Assembly: GCA_046538485.1 (NCBI GenBank)
Contig: JBKHIT010000018.1
Coordinates: forward strand, 17,166 to 81,165
DNA: 64,000 nucleotides
Source of the DNA: Candidatus Brocadiia bacterium
GTDB taxonomy: Bacteria > Planctomycetota > Brocadiia > SM23-32
Reading direction: 5' to 3'
Made by a program: the position numbers and the translations under genes
Part shown: piece by piece, positions 49,785 through 60,369 of the stretch
How the letters are laid out: each line of letters begins with the position of its first letter
Numbering within the stretch: position 1 is the first letter of the stretch
Notes under the pieces: model-generated
Told to the model about the DNA's origin: nothing
The model's input: only the letters and a program-made list of their open reading frames with translations
Databases searched by the model: none

Positions 49785-51164
49785 ATGCACATGCCCGAGA
49801 ATGGACTAGATCTGGCCAATTTGTTCTTGAACCTTGCGGACAGTCAGGGGGTGGCAGAACTACGTGAAGAAATCTCGGCGGAAAAGCATTTAATTGAAGA
49901 ACTGGAAGAAGAATCCGAATCCCTCACGCCCGCCCACGGGGACGGCAACTTAAACGAGCTTACTGCCCTGTCGGACGCAATAGATGAACTCGGGGCTGAA
50001 GATCCTCTGGCAACTTTCTTCAAACTTTCTCTGTTCAACCAGCGTCTTTCAACGATTGATATCAGCACCCTCAACGCTTCGGCAAAAGACCGACTGGAAG
50101 AAGTCAGTGAAAAACTCAACGAGAAGCGAGAAACTGTCCTGAAAAATTGGGATGAGGCCACGGGCGAAAAGATCCGGCAGCTGGGAGATCTTATGACAAG
50201 CGTACGAAGGTCTCTGGACCTGATTTTAGCACGAATTCATGAATCACACGCAGACACCGACCGAGAACGTATACTCTCACTGACAAACCAGGTGGAAAAA
50301 CTTGCGCGGACCAAAGAACAGATCAAAGACCTGGTCGCCAGAGTGCCGGGGATTGAAACCGACGGATTGCCAGGCTGGCAAAGTCTGGAAAAAGCGGAAA
50401 ATGCTATTATCAAACCGCATTATAAAAACGTTTTTCTTTTCAAATGCGCCGTTTTGATGACGCGTGCAGATGGCGAAATCTCCGCCCTTGAAAAGGACTT
50501 TCTGCAGTCAATCGGTGAGAGAATTCATCTTTCTCCCGGAGAGACAGAAACTTTGATCCGGCAGGCAGGGAAACTGGGGTTCTCTAATTTTGAAGCCGAC
50601 GTGGCCGAAGCCCAGGACCTTATTCACAAGCTTTATCTCTGTGCTCTGGCCGATGGAGTCGTCGCGGAATCAGAAAAACGAATGCTCCAGAGAATTGCCA
50701 GAGCCATTAATCTCGATGAAGGTTATATCTCCAGTTTACTTTCAGGCAGCCAACATTCCGAGGTTAATTTTTTGGATCCCACCACGGTGAAAAAATGCGT
50801 CCGCACGCAGGCAAGAAAACCCGAAAACGCGTTCTTGGCCGACGATATCCCGCCGGGCCGCCTCGCCGATTTGTGTAAAAAACTTGAGGTTCCGGCTGAT
50901 GAAACTCCCCTCCTGGTCTATGATAATTGTTTCCTGGACAAAAGTCTGGAATCCGCCATTCTGACCGGCGGGGCTCTGTATTTCACAAACCCCCGTGGTG
51001 TCACCAAATGCGTCCAGCTGTCAAATATTGAAGACTGCAGAACGTCAATAAAGACCAGCGTGATCGAACTGAAAGACGGCCGCAAATTAAAAATGAGTCG
51101 AGCAGCCTTTCACTTTCTTGAGCTTGTGCTGACCTGTATCGACGAGAACTTACGAAGCGTCTAA
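49785..51164 (+). CDS. TerB-family domain protein with N-terminal coiled coil
   Basis: Two TerB-like motifs, RADGEISALEK and LADGVVAESEK. Confidence 0.75.
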   Translation: MHMPENGLDLANLFLNLADSQGVAELREEISAEKHLIEELEEESESLTPAHGDGNLNELTALSDAIDELGAEDPLATFFKLSLFNQRLSTIDISTLNASAKDRLEEVSEKLNEKRETVLKNWDEATGEKIRQLGDLMTSVRRSLDLILARIHESHADTDRERILSLTNQVEKLARTKEQIKDLVARVPGIETDGLPGWQSLEKAENAIIKPHYKNVFLFKCAVLMTRADGEISALEKDFLQSIGERIHLSPGETETLIRQAGKLGFSNFEADVAEAQDLIHKLYLCALADGVVAESEKRMLQRIARAINLDEGYISSLLSGSQHSEVNFLDPTTVKKCVRTQARKPENAFLADDIPPGRLADLCKKLEVPADETPLLVYDNCFLDKSLESAILTGGALYFTNPRGVTKCVQLSNIEDCRTSIKTSVIELKDGRKLKMSRAAFHFLELVLTCIDENLRSV

Positions 51165-51198
51165 AACGCTTGGCCCCTCCCCAACCTTCCCCAAAACC

Positions 51199-52557
51199 TC
51201 ATACCAGCGCAGCTCCCAGAAGAAGATAAATCAAGATGCAAATTACGTCATTCAGTATCGTCACGAACGGCCCCGCACTGATGGCCGGATCGAGACCATA
51301 CTTATCGAATGCCAGTGGCAGCAATGTGCCGAGCGAGCCTGCCGTGAGAATAGCAACAAATACGGCCAGACCTACCAAAGCCGCGATTGGCTGATTGACA
51401 TTCGGGAAAAGCAAACCCAGGACCGCAGCCGCCAGCCCACAGAGAATAGCAAGCAAGAGTGTCACAACCCCCTGTTTCAAACTGAAGGTCAGCAGGCGCC
51501 CAAACTGGATATCCCCCACCGCAAGTCCCCGCACCACGATTGTCGAAGCCTGAATGGCGACATTTCCTCCCATCAACGGTATGACGGGGATGAAAAAGGC
51601 GATTTGAACGGCTTCCAGTGTATTCTCAAATCGGCTCACCATGAACGCTATACCCAGCCCCCCCAGAAGCGTCAGCAAAAGCCACGGCAATCTCAAACGC
51701 GTGCTGCGGAGAACCGTTGCTCGCACGGGGTCCTTCTCGGTAGTCCCGGCAAGCCGGTACATATCCTCATCCACTTCTTCTTGTTCGGCTTCCAGAATAT
51801 CATCGCTTGTGACAACTCCGATAAGCCGGTCTGTTTGATCGACAACAGGCACAAAATCCATACCGTAGCGACTGGCAAGGCGCACAACTTCTTCCTGGTC
51901 GGTTTCGGGTGTAACGGTAGCAATTTCCGGTTCTATCAAATCTTTGAGATCCCGGTTGGGCCCGGCGAAAACAAGTTTATGGAAGGGCAGATGGCCAAGC
52001 AACTGACCTTCTTCATTGCTCACAAAAAGGCGCGCAAGAGTTTCGCTTTCCCGGCTACTTTGAGTAATCTCCACCGCCTGTCCCGCCGTAATATCGCTGG
52101 CCAGGAGCACAAAATCCGGCGTCATAATACCGCCCGCGGTGTCAGAAGGATGCTCCAGCAGACTTCGTGCTTGTCTAGCTTCTTCAGCGGGAAGATTTTG
52201 GAAAACAATTTCCCGTTTTTCGACATCCAGAACATTCAGAAGATCCGCAAGCTCGTCCGGTTCCATATAGGAGGCTGCCCGCGCAATCACCCCCGGAAGC
52301 GCCTCAGCAATCTCGCGCACAGTCCCTTCGCTGAGCTCATCGAGCACTTCGCCGGCCGTTTCTTCGGCGAGCTGGCGCAGAAGCGAGACCTGTTCCGCAG
52401 AATCCAGTTCTTCCACAATCTCAGCGACATCAGCCGGAGGTTGTCCCTGGAGCATGGACAGAGCCCCCCGAATATCATCGGACTCGATAAGCTGTTCTAC
52501 CTGCTCCATGATGTGCTGCCTCAGATCCTCGTCCGAATTTTTTGGTTTTATGCTCAA
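51199..52557 (-). CDS. mgtE: Magnesium transporter MgtE
   Basis: PADVAE, DTAGGIMT, CBS pair DQEEV, RLPWL, GGNVAIQ, DPAISAGPFVTILND; TTG start after a GGGGAG RBS. Confidence 0.95.
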   Translation of the reverse strand: MSIKPKNSDEDLRQHIMEQVEQLIESDDIRGALSMLQGQPPADVAEIVEELDSAEQVSLLRQLAEETAGEVLDELSEGTVREIAEALPGVIARAASYMEPDELADLLNVLDVEKREIVFQNLPAEEARQARSLLEHPSDTAGGIMTPDFVLLASDITAGQAVEITQSSRESETLARLFVSNEEGQLLGHLPFHKLVFAGPNRDLKDLIEPEIATVTPETDQEEVVRLASRYGMDFVPVVDQTDRLIGVVTSDDILEAEQEEVDEDMYRLAGTTEKDPVRATVLRSTRLRLPWLLLTLLGGLGIAFMVSRFENTLEAVQIAFFIPVIPLMGGNVAIQASTIVVRGLAVGDIQFGRLLTFSLKQGVVTLLLAILCGLAAAVLGLLFPNVNQPIAALVGLAVFVAILTAGSLGTLLPLAFDKYGLDPAISAGPFVTILNDVICILIYLLLGAALV

Positions 52558-52799
52558 ACAAACTCCCCTTCGATCGACACAACATTGAATTGAAACCACC
52601 GGAAGCAGGTCCACGACAAAAATCCCACAACTTTTAATTATAGATGAATGAGAAACGCAAATCCAAGGTAGCAGAAATGACAGTCGTATGTGTTGACAGA
52701 AACGGGGTATGAACGGTAGATTTGAAGATGGGGGAGATCATTGGTTCCACAAAAAGCGGATAATGCCATTTACCATTTACGAAGAAACGTTGGCAAGAT

Positions 52800-53705
52800 A
52801 TGAAAAACGGCCTCAGGCCTCTGACCATTTGGGAGATCCTCAACCGGAGTCTGCGTCTTTATCGTCGCCATTTTTTGCCCCTTTTCGTGGTCTCGCTGAT
52901 TCTCGGCTATGCCGGCTATGCAGCCAACAAACTCAGTCTGTATACGGTTCAATCCTACTACGACAAAGTGGCGGCAAATTTACAGGGCATAAAGTCCATC
53001 GACGCCATCCTCCTTCTCCTGCTGCTTTTTGGTCTCACGGCGATAACAATGGCTGTTCTGCTGATAAAGTACGGAATTCTCTCGGCCTATGTAAGTAAAG
53101 CCTACCTCGGAAACGAAATGAACATTTCGAAAATAACAACCGGGGTACCTTTTGGATCCGTTCTTGGATCCTGTCTCCTGGCCACAGCCTTAATTTGTTT
53201 CGGGCTTCTATTTTTTCTGCTGCCCGGATTTATCCTGACAATCGTTTTTATTCTTGTGCCGACTGTGGCCGCTATCGAAGGGAAATCTCCTATCCAAACA
53301 CTGAAAAGAAGCTGGTCAATGGTGAGGATTTCGATGCCTGGCGGATTCTTCGGCAACAATGTAATGAAACTGATGATTATCTGGATATTTGTCGCGATAC
53401 TCGATCTTCTGGCGCGGGGGGTTATGACGTCTCTAACTCAGCTCGCACCGCATGTTTGGAAAATGGAACAGGTAATCGAGGCCCCCTTCGGCCAATGGAG
53501 TATCACGGTGCTGCGGCCGAGCTACCAGGTTGTAATGGGACTTCTTGGAGAAAGTATTCAGGCCTTTTTCCTGCCCTTCGCTATCTGCGCCCTGGTACCT
53601 CTATACTACGACATTCGAGTTCAAAAAGAAGGACTCGACATCAGCCGATCTCTCGAAATACTCCAGACCGACAGGCAAGCCGCTGGCACAGTGGGAGGAG
53701 AGTAA
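52800..53705 (+). CDS. Integral membrane protein of the MoxR/DUF58 cluster
   Basis: LRPLTIWEILNRS...LYRR N-terminus, LKRSW, YYDIRVQKEGLD C-terminus. Confidence 0.75.
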   Translation: MKNGLRPLTIWEILNRSLRLYRRHFLPLFVVSLILGYAGYAANKLSLYTVQSYYDKVAANLQGIKSIDAILLLLLLFGLTAITMAVLLIKYGILSAYVSKAYLGNEMNISKITTGVPFGSVLGSCLLATALICFGLLFFLLPGFILTIVFILVPTVAAIEGKSPIQTLKRSWSMVRISMPGGFFGNNVMKLMIIWIFVAILDLLARGVMTSLTQLAPHVWKMEQVIEAPFGQWSITVLRPSYQVVMGLLGESIQAFFLPFAICALVPLYYDIRVQKEGLDISRSLEILQTDRQAAGTVGGE

Positions 53706-53708
53706 AAA

Positions 53709-54731
53709 ATGCGAAAAAGCCGCGCCTTCTTAACAATCCTCTTACTAACCCTTGTCTTTCAAGTAGTGTCGCGGGGCGGCGAATATCCACACGACAAAAT
53801 GCTGAATGATCTGGAAACGCTCGGGGAACAGCTGACAAGCGATTGGGCCAGAAAACGACCGGAGCTCTGGCGTGATAGAGCCCAGGTTATGTTCAAACGT
53901 ATGCGGTGGGCGCTTTTAATAGAAAACTCCAACATTCCAATTCGCATCACCGAAAAGGGAGACCACTTGATTTCGACCATGCGGTATTGGTGTGAAGGAG
54001 AAGGCGACCCGCTTCCCGAACCCGAAAATTATTACAGATGGTTGGAAGAGCTTTCTTCTCTGCTTCAACAAGCTCAGCCGCTGTCCGCGTCCCCGCCGGC
54101 TCGCCCACATCGCCAGTGGGCGCAACGGGAACTCAGATTCCTGCTCGGCCAGCCACGCTATTCGCATATGGCCGAAAAATCCCAGGGTCTGAACGAACGT
54201 ATCGCAGAATTTGTCTCTCGTTACGTAATCCAGCCGTTATTCGGCCGACAGAGGCGCTCTGTTCGCCGGATTGGTCTCATCATATGTATCGCGTTGCTTG
54301 TGTTGATCGGGATCCACATGATCTGGGAAACCGTCCGTGCCTTATACCAAACGTCGAAAGAAAAAAAGAAACAAACCGAGGATGTCCCAACAGAGAGCGT
54401 GGCCTTGAGGCGCGCGGCCCCCGGGGAATTGCTTTCCCGTGGTGATAAAGCACGGGAAAGCGGGCAATACCTGCGCGCCGCAGGACTCTACTATCTGACA
54501 CTCCTGTCAATTCTCGCACGGGAAGGTTGCACCGCGCTGGACCGAACTCTCACCAACTGGGAACACTACCTGAGAGCTCGGCGAAGCGGTTGTCTCGCAG
54601 AGTCGGAAATCCAAAAACTGGAACGTGTAAATACTTTCTTCGACAGATGCTGCTACGGCGGGGAAAAAATCTCTGACAACCAGATAGACAATTTCCGCAA
54701 GCAAATAATTGAGCTTTCCAATGCCATCTGA
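53709..54731 (+). CDS. DUF4129-domain membrane protein
   Basis: Membrane helix then GQYLRAA...TNWEHY...FDRCCYGG. Confidence 0.75.
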   Translation: MRKSRAFLTILLLTLVFQVVSRGGEYPHDKMLNDLETLGEQLTSDWARKRPELWRDRAQVMFKRMRWALLIENSNIPIRITEKGDHLISTMRYWCEGEGDPLPEPENYYRWLEELSSLLQQAQPLSASPPARPHRQWAQRELRFLLGQPRYSHMAEKSQGLNERIAEFVSRYVIQPLFGRQRRSVRRIGLIICIALLVLIGIHMIWETVRALYQTSKEKKKQTEDVPTESVALRRAAPGELLSRGDKARESGQYLRAAGLYYLTLLSILAREGCTALDRTLTNWEHYLRARRSGCLAESEIQKLERVNTFFDRCCYGGEKISDNQIDNFRKQIIELSNAI

Positions 54732-55971
54732 CTTCTCACATCTCAAGCTTCTTCTGGTCGCAGGAGTCATCCTCCTGCTGGCCGTCCTTGCCGGCGCCCT
54801 GACTGCCCGCCAGGAGAGAGGCATAAAATCGCCCCGACGAAGCATACGAAGCACGGATGCCAGTGGGATACGGGCTTTTTATGAGATGCTGGCATCCAAT
54901 CCACGCTATCAAGTTACTTCGATGGGCCGGATGAGCGATTTATTCACACACAGAGGAGTTCTGATCATCGCTGGCCCACTCGAAAAACCGCCCACCCGTA
55001 AAGAAACCGATCGCATTATCTCCTGGATTAAAAAAGGGAACGGATTGCTCTATTTTGTAGGAACCGAAAAAACTGATCGCCCCTCCTCCCCTCTCGAACA
55101 AGAGATGACACGAACCACCAAAAAGCGAATGGGATCCATTCCAACACATCTTTTGCGAGAACTTCGGTTGGCCACAATCAGAGGGAAAATCCCGGCTTTT
55201 AGCCCGGCTCCCCAGATCCTCCAATCGGTATCGACAGAAACCGCTTATCCTCTTCAGCTGAAAGGCATCTCTCTTTACGTCAGAGGACTGGGGTCACTTG
55301 TAACCTGGCGAAAACTCGGAGAAGGGCGAATCGTCACCGTTGCCAGCAGTGTCCCTATTCAAAACCAACACATCGAAAAGTCCCATAATCTCGATTTCTT
55401 ACTCTGCGCTGTCGATTTGCTTAAAGGCAAAAATAACGCTGTTCTATTCGATGAACTACATCATGGTTATGCCCGAAAAGCAGGCATGGCCGAACTGATC
55501 GGCGTCCAGGGATTTGCCGCCGCCGCTATCCAGTTCTTCATCTGCGGTCTTCTTTATGTGTGGCTTCAGGGACGCCGCATGGGCCCCCCGGTCGAACCAC
55601 CGAAAAAAAGTCCCGGGGGGCGCAAAGAATACCTGGACGCGGCGGGTAAGCTTTACAGACAGAACTGCTCTCCGGGAGAAATAGCTTCCGCTTACGCCGA
55701 CTTCGTCAAAAGAAAAATCGCTCGTTCTTCCCAATTCCCGGCCAATCCCAGAAAAGAACAACTCGCCTCCATACTGGCCGAAGAAAACCGCCAGATGCCG
55801 CAAAACGTTCAGGATCTTCTGGCCGAAGCGTCTGAAGCGAAGTGGGAAGGGACAGACCCCGATCGCGCGACCCAAATAATTCGGGAATTAAACCGGTTAA
55901 TCCACACCGAACACCCCGACAAAAAGCATTCAAATACCTCTAAATATCGGGAGAAATGGCATGGAAGTTGA
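54721..55971 (+). CDS. DUF4350-domain protein
   Basis: SGIRAFY, WIKKGN, GEGRIV, LFDELHHG, RRMGP, EYLDA. Confidence 0.75.
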   Translation: MPSDFSHLKLLLVAGVILLLAVLAGALTARQERGIKSPRRSIRSTDASGIRAFYEMLASNPRYQVTSMGRMSDLFTHRGVLIIAGPLEKPPTRKETDRIISWIKKGNGLLYFVGTEKTDRPSSPLEQEMTRTTKKRMGSIPTHLLRELRLATIRGKIPAFSPAPQILQSVSTETAYPLQLKGISLYVRGLGSLVTWRKLGEGRIVTVASSVPIQNQHIEKSHNLDFLLCAVDLLKGKNNAVLFDELHHGYARKAGMAELIGVQGFAAAAIQFFICGLLYVWLQGRRMGPPVEPPKKSPGGRKEYLDAAGKLYRQNCSPGEIASAYADFVKRKIARSSQFPANPRKEQLASILAEENRQMPQNVQDLLAEASEAKWEGTDPDRATQIIRELNRLIHTEHPDKKHSNTSKYREKWHGS

Positions 55972-56932
55972 TGCCACCGAAATAACACAAAATATCCAGA
56001 ACGAAATCTGCAAAATTGTTCACGGTCTCGATGCCGTGATCGAAGAAGTGCTCGTGGCCTATTTTGGCCGCGGGCACGTCCTGCTGGAAGGCGTACCGGG
56101 AACCGCTAAAACACTCCTGGCAAGAGCACTCGCCCAGAGCGTTGCTCAACAGTTCAAGAGAGTTCAGTTCACACCGGACCTAATGCCCGTCGATGTGCTG
56201 GGGACACGCGTTTTTGACCTGGCATCCCGAACTTTTAACTTCGAAGAAGGACCTGTCTTCAGCGAAATCCTGCTCGGGGATGAGATCAATCGTACTCCTC
56301 CCAAAACCCAGTCCGCTCTCCTGGAAGCCATGCAGGAACGCAGGGTGACAGTAGACGGAGAGCCGAGGCCGCTCTCGGAACATTTCTTTGTCATCGCCAC
56401 CCAGAACCCCCTGGAGTTCGAGGGCACGTTTCCTCTCCCGGAATCCCAACTCGATCGATTCATGCTGAAGATAGTTGTCCCCTATCCTGACGAGAACTCG
56501 GAAGTGAACGTGCTCCAGCAACATCACGAAGGTTTCAGAATGGCAGCCGGAGACCTACCTGAAATCGAAAAAGTAGCCGACTCCGATGATCTCCAACATG
56601 TCTTTGATGCCGTCGAGGGGATTACCGCCCACCCGGAACTGCTTCGGTACACAGCAAAAGTCATCCGGGAAACGCGGGAAGTCCCAGATCTCGCTCTGGG
56701 CGCAAGTCCGCGCGCAGGCGTTGATCTGCTCGCTGCCGCCAAGGCCCTTGCCCTCGTGCGGGGAAAATCGTATGTAACACCCGATGAAATAAAACGAATT
56801 GCGCCCCCGGTCCTGAGGCACAGGCTACCGCTGAAACCGGAAGCCGAAATGGAAGGACGAAACGTGGACGAAGTCCTGGAAGACGTCTTCCGAAGAATCG
56901 ATGTGCCGAGGATGGATAATGCCGACACGTAA
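55961..56932 (+). CDS. moxR: MoxR-family AAA+ ATPase
   Basis: HVLLEGVPGTAKT, RVQFTPDLMP, DEINR, ATQNP, LDRF, GASPRA. Confidence 0.95.
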   Translation: MEVDATEITQNIQNEICKIVHGLDAVIEEVLVAYFGRGHVLLEGVPGTAKTLLARALAQSVAQQFKRVQFTPDLMPVDVLGTRVFDLASRTFNFEEGPVFSEILLGDEINRTPPKTQSALLEAMQERRVTVDGEPRPLSEHFFVIATQNPLEFEGTFPLPESQLDRFMLKIVVPYPDENSEVNVLQQHHEGFRMAAGDLPEIEKVADSDDLQHVFDAVEGITAHPELLRYTAKVIRETREVPDLALGASPRAGVDLLAAAKALALVRGKSYVTPDEIKRIAPPVLRHRLPLKPEAEMEGRNVDEVLEDVFRRIDVPRMDNADT

Positions 56933-58259
56933 AACACTGCTGATTTTCGTTATCGCCGGTGCCTTCTTCCCGCTTACCGCCGTCACCCCTGTGGCGGCAT
57001 ATGGCATTGTGCTGCTTGACGCTGCCATCCTGCTGGTCTTTCTGATGGATCGGTTTCGTCTTGCCTCCTCCGGATCCATCTCCCTGGAACGTCATCATCG
57101 CCATGTTTTCTCCCTCGCACAAAACAACCAGGTTGAACTGCAGATCACAAACGAATCAACACTGGCGGTTCGTGCGACGGTGCGTGATAATCCGCCGGTA
57201 CCCTGTAGCAGCGGCCCTGAGACACTGGAAATGCAAATTCCCGCGGGCCATCAAGCGATAAGAATATACCAGATAAAACCCACTGAACGGGGATGCTTTC
57301 ATTTCAAAGAAGCGGTGGTGCGTAACTGGAGTCCCCTGGGACTCGCTTTTCGTGACCACCATTTTCCAAAGCCCGGCCCCCCATCCGCAAGGGATCACTG
57401 TGGAGATTCGTTCGATTTCATCGTTTACCCGCGTTTCGCCACTGCTACCAGAAGAGAAGTAGCCGCCTTCGCCGAAACTCAAGAAAGCGGATATCACAAA
57501 CTTCAGCGGAGAATCGAGGGCACAACACCTTCTCAGATACGCCAGTGGGTTTCCGGCGATAGTTACCGCGACATCAACTGGATGGCCACAGCTCGTTACG
57601 ACCATCCAATGATAACCCAGTACGACACCGATCGGAACCAAACGGTCTACCTCTTCATCGATTGCGGCCGACTGATGAACGCTTCCGCCGGAGAGCTGAC
57701 GAAACTGGATCATGCAACCAACGCGGCTGCTGATCTGACACGTCTCGCGATCGACCGTGGAGACCACGTCGGGCTCTGCTGCTTTTCAAACAGCGTAAAA
57801 ATCTGGCTCAAAGCAAAGGGCAGAAGCGAACAAATGCTCCGCATCATGGAAGCTCTCGCAACACTTTCGGCGAATCCCGTCGCCACAAATTACGATTTCG
57901 CCGTCAACTATTTTCTTGCCCGTAGAACGCGCCGCAGTTTCTGCCTGTTTCTAACAACATTTGCCGAATCCGCGTCCTCCTGGGATTTCTTGAAAAGAAT
58001 TCATTCGCTGAGCCCCAGAAACATCCCGGCGATCGTCGACCTGACCGATCCTGCTCTGGAAACAGCACTGAAGGAAGATCCGGAAGACTACGCTCGGGCC
58101 TGCCGCAAACTGGCCGCCACCGATCTTCAGGAAGAAACGGAACGATTCGGGGAAAAACTCAAACATAAAGGCGGACATTTCCTGCAAACACCATCTCAAT
58201 CCGTGTCAGCTACCGTGCTGCAGAGTTACCTCGACGTCAAATCGCGCGGGTTGCTCTGA
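56919..58259 (+). CDS. DUF58 (vWA-like) protein
   Basis: PTERG, GDSYRDINWMATAR, IDCGRLM, GDHVG. Confidence 0.88.
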   Translation: MPTRKTLLIFVIAGAFFPLTAVTPVAAYGIVLLDAAILLVFLMDRFRLASSGSISLERHHRHVFSLAQNNQVELQITNESTLAVRATVRDNPPVPCSSGPETLEMQIPAGHQAIRIYQIKPTERGCFHFKEAVVRNWSPLGLAFRDHHFPKPGPPSARDHCGDSFDFIVYPRFATATRREVAAFAETQESGYHKLQRRIEGTTPSQIRQWVSGDSYRDINWMATARYDHPMITQYDTDRNQTVYLFIDCGRLMNASAGELTKLDHATNAAADLTRLAIDRGDHVGLCCFSNSVKIWLKAKGRSEQMLRIMEALATLSANPVATNYDFAVNYFLARRTRRSFCLFLTTFAESASSWDFLKRIHSLSPRNIPAIVDLTDPALETALKEDPEDYARACRKLAATDLQEETERFGEKLKHKGGHFLQTPSQSVSATVLQSYLDVKSRGLL

Positions 58260-58293
58260 ATCTGTCAATGCCGGCTTCGGGTTTATAATCAGC

Positions 58294-59298
58294 TCAGATC
58301 TCATTTTGTGGGCTGGTCCCGGCGAAAGCAGACTCTCCCTCATTCCCTGATGATATGTTCTTGCGGCCGCTCAAGCAGAGGAAAAGATACAGAAGGATCC
58401 CGGCGCCTATCCCAACCCCGTACTTGACCAGATGGCTGGCACTTCCCGGCGACACGAACCCTTCCATAAAACCCGCAAGGGCCAGGAAAGGTACCGCTCC
58501 CAATGCGAGAAGTGTGGCGTCTCGTGACCGCATTCGAAGCGACGCCAGGCGGGTGTATGGCTCCGGCCGCACGAGCGAATCCCCAAGGATTACCCCCCCC
58601 GCCGAAGCCAGGAGTATGGCGGAAACTTCCAGAACCCCGTGTCCGATCATGAAACCCATCAGCTCGCCAAGCAGGTTGTATTTCCAGCACAGTGCGGTGG
58701 CAGAACCCAGCATCAGACCATTCGAAAAAAGGATATAGATCGTTCCCACGCCAAAAACGATCCCGAGCCCGAAGGCACTGAAACAAACGAGCGCGTTGTT
58801 GTAAAAAATCGCCGCCGAAGCCACTGACGCCGGCACCATTGAGAAGAAATCTGTCCAGAGTCTACCACGACGGACGCCGTCAATGGCCGATGATGGCATG
58901 TAAAGCTCAGCCCATCGCTCGTCTATGTTCACCAAAAGCACACCGAGCACACACCCCAGGGCAAAAAATCCGAAAGCAAACAGAAAATAGCCCACATTGC
59001 GGCGGAAAGCACGCGGGATTTTCCTGAATATCACGGCGCCCAGGCCGAAGTCACTCCGTGAACCTCCGTAGACCGCCCCATAAGCACGCCCTACGAGCAA
59101 TTCCAATCTCTGGCGATGGGGGCTGTCAGGAAAATGGGTTTGAGCTTCGGCAAGATCGTGTGAGGCCCTTCTGTAGAGGCTCAGGAGTTCCTCCACTTGT
59201 TCCTCTTCGAAATCGGACTCCGATTCGTATTCTTCCAGCAATTCTTCAAGCCGCACCCACTGTTCCTTCCTCTGCTCGGCGAAAGTTTTCTCGTTCAA
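58294..59298 (-). CDS. Stage II sporulation protein M family (DUF95) membrane protein
   Basis: W..LE, YRRASHDLA, IFYNN, NGLMLG, HGVLE, AGFMEGFVS. Confidence 0.85.
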   Translation of the reverse strand: MNEKTFAEQRKEQWVRLEELLEEYESESDFEEEQVEELLSLYRRASHDLAEAQTHFPDSPHRQRLELLVGRAYGAVYGGSRSDFGLGAVIFRKIPRAFRRNVGYFLFAFGFFALGCVLGVLLVNIDERWAELYMPSSAIDGVRRGRLWTDFFSMVPASVASAAIFYNNALVCFSAFGLGIVFGVGTIYILFSNGLMLGSATALCWKYNLLGELMGFMIGHGVLEVSAILLASAGGVILGDSLVRPEPYTRLASLRMRSRDATLLALGAVPFLALAGFMEGFVSPGSASHLVKYGVGIGAGILLYLFLCLSGRKNISSGNEGESAFAGTSPQNEI

Positions 59299-59302
59299 AA
59301 TC

Positions 59303-60142
59303 TCATCTCCCCGGACCAGAGTGAGATTCGGTATGCCGTTGAGCGCGCGCCCAGAGAAATTGCAGCAGGTAGTTCCAGGCCTCGGTATTTTCGAAATACG
59401 ACACGAGTTCGCCCTCAGGGTCAACGACCTTCCGCCGCATCAACTGCACCAGGTGTTCAGCAAGTTCTTCCCGTTTCTCCTCTTCGAAATTTTCGCGTCG
59501 CACCAAAAACCGTCGTAACATCTCCGTTTCCAGCGGTTCCAGATGAACTTTGATCCGCGCCGGAAGAAGTAGATGCAGTTCCTCGCAAATATCCTCGTAA
59601 TCGATGTCGGGAACAGACGTTTCCTCGTCCTCATTAACCGGTTTTTCCCTGACGACCACGGTCCCGGCCGTGAGATCGCCAATGCGTTGCTCAGAAGAGG
59701 TAATGAAAATAGAAACAAGGCCCACCCCATAGAAAGCGGGCAGCCAGTCCACAACACGTAAAAGGTTTCGAAGAATTGAGCTCAACAGGTCCAGGGGCGC
59801 CCCGTTGCATTTAACAATACGCAACCCCATTCGTTTTTTCCCCGGTGTCTGGCCTCCGTGCGCGAGATCATAGTAAATGTAATAACCGAAATGCAGACAA
59901 AATCCCGCGATCAAAGCTCCCGCTATTACGTAATCGCCGAGTCCCGGGAAATTGGACGACACGAATAGGGCGGGGATAAGGATCACGATCGAGAGTGCGA
60001 GCCGGACCAGAAAATCGATACCATAGGCAGCCATTCGGCTCCCTGCCCCTCCCAGGGGAAGTAAGACCACCACCTGCTCGGGTGTCTCAATCTCAAGTCT
60101 GGCATCCAGCGATTCAGCCAACAATAATCTCCCGTCCGGCAA
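59303..60142 (-). CDS. RDD family protein
   Basis: ETPEQV, GSRMAAYGID, GQTPGK, RNLLRVVD, QRIGDLTAGTVVV. Start position is approximate. Confidence 0.9.
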   Translation of the reverse strand: MPDGRLLLAESLDARLEIETPEQVVVLLPLGGAGSRMAAYGIDFLVRLALSIVILIPALFVSSNFPGLGDYVIAGALIAGFCLHFGYYIYYDLAHGGQTPGKKRMGLRIVKCNGAPLDLLSSILRNLLRVVDWLPAFYGVGLVSIFITSSEQRIGDLTAGTVVVREKPVNEDEETSVPDIDYEDICEELHLLLPARIKVHLEPLETEMLRRFLVRRENFEEEKREELAEHLVQLMRRKVVDPEGELVSYFENTEAWNYLLQFLWARAQRHTESHSGPGR

Positions 60143-60369
60143 ATGGAATTTTGCTCCTCTCCATCTTAACCAACCGTGACCATTCGCTCACACGGAAATC
60201 CCCTGCCATACCACCTCGCGATGAAAGGATACAGTGGGCTACCGCTTTTTCACGAAGCATGTGCCTATCGCCGCGATGACACCAGCAATCCTGATTCTTT
60301 GAGCCCGAAAGGCTCCGGTAACATTCAGAGATAAACCCCGGCCCCTATATCCCGTTTGGATAGGCCGTA

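Noticed and set aside
52800..60142. MoxR/DUF58/DUF4350/DUF4129/SpoIIM/RDD cluster as a novel system
   Set aside because: A widespread conserved neighbourhood; nothing unusual here beyond the convergent layout.
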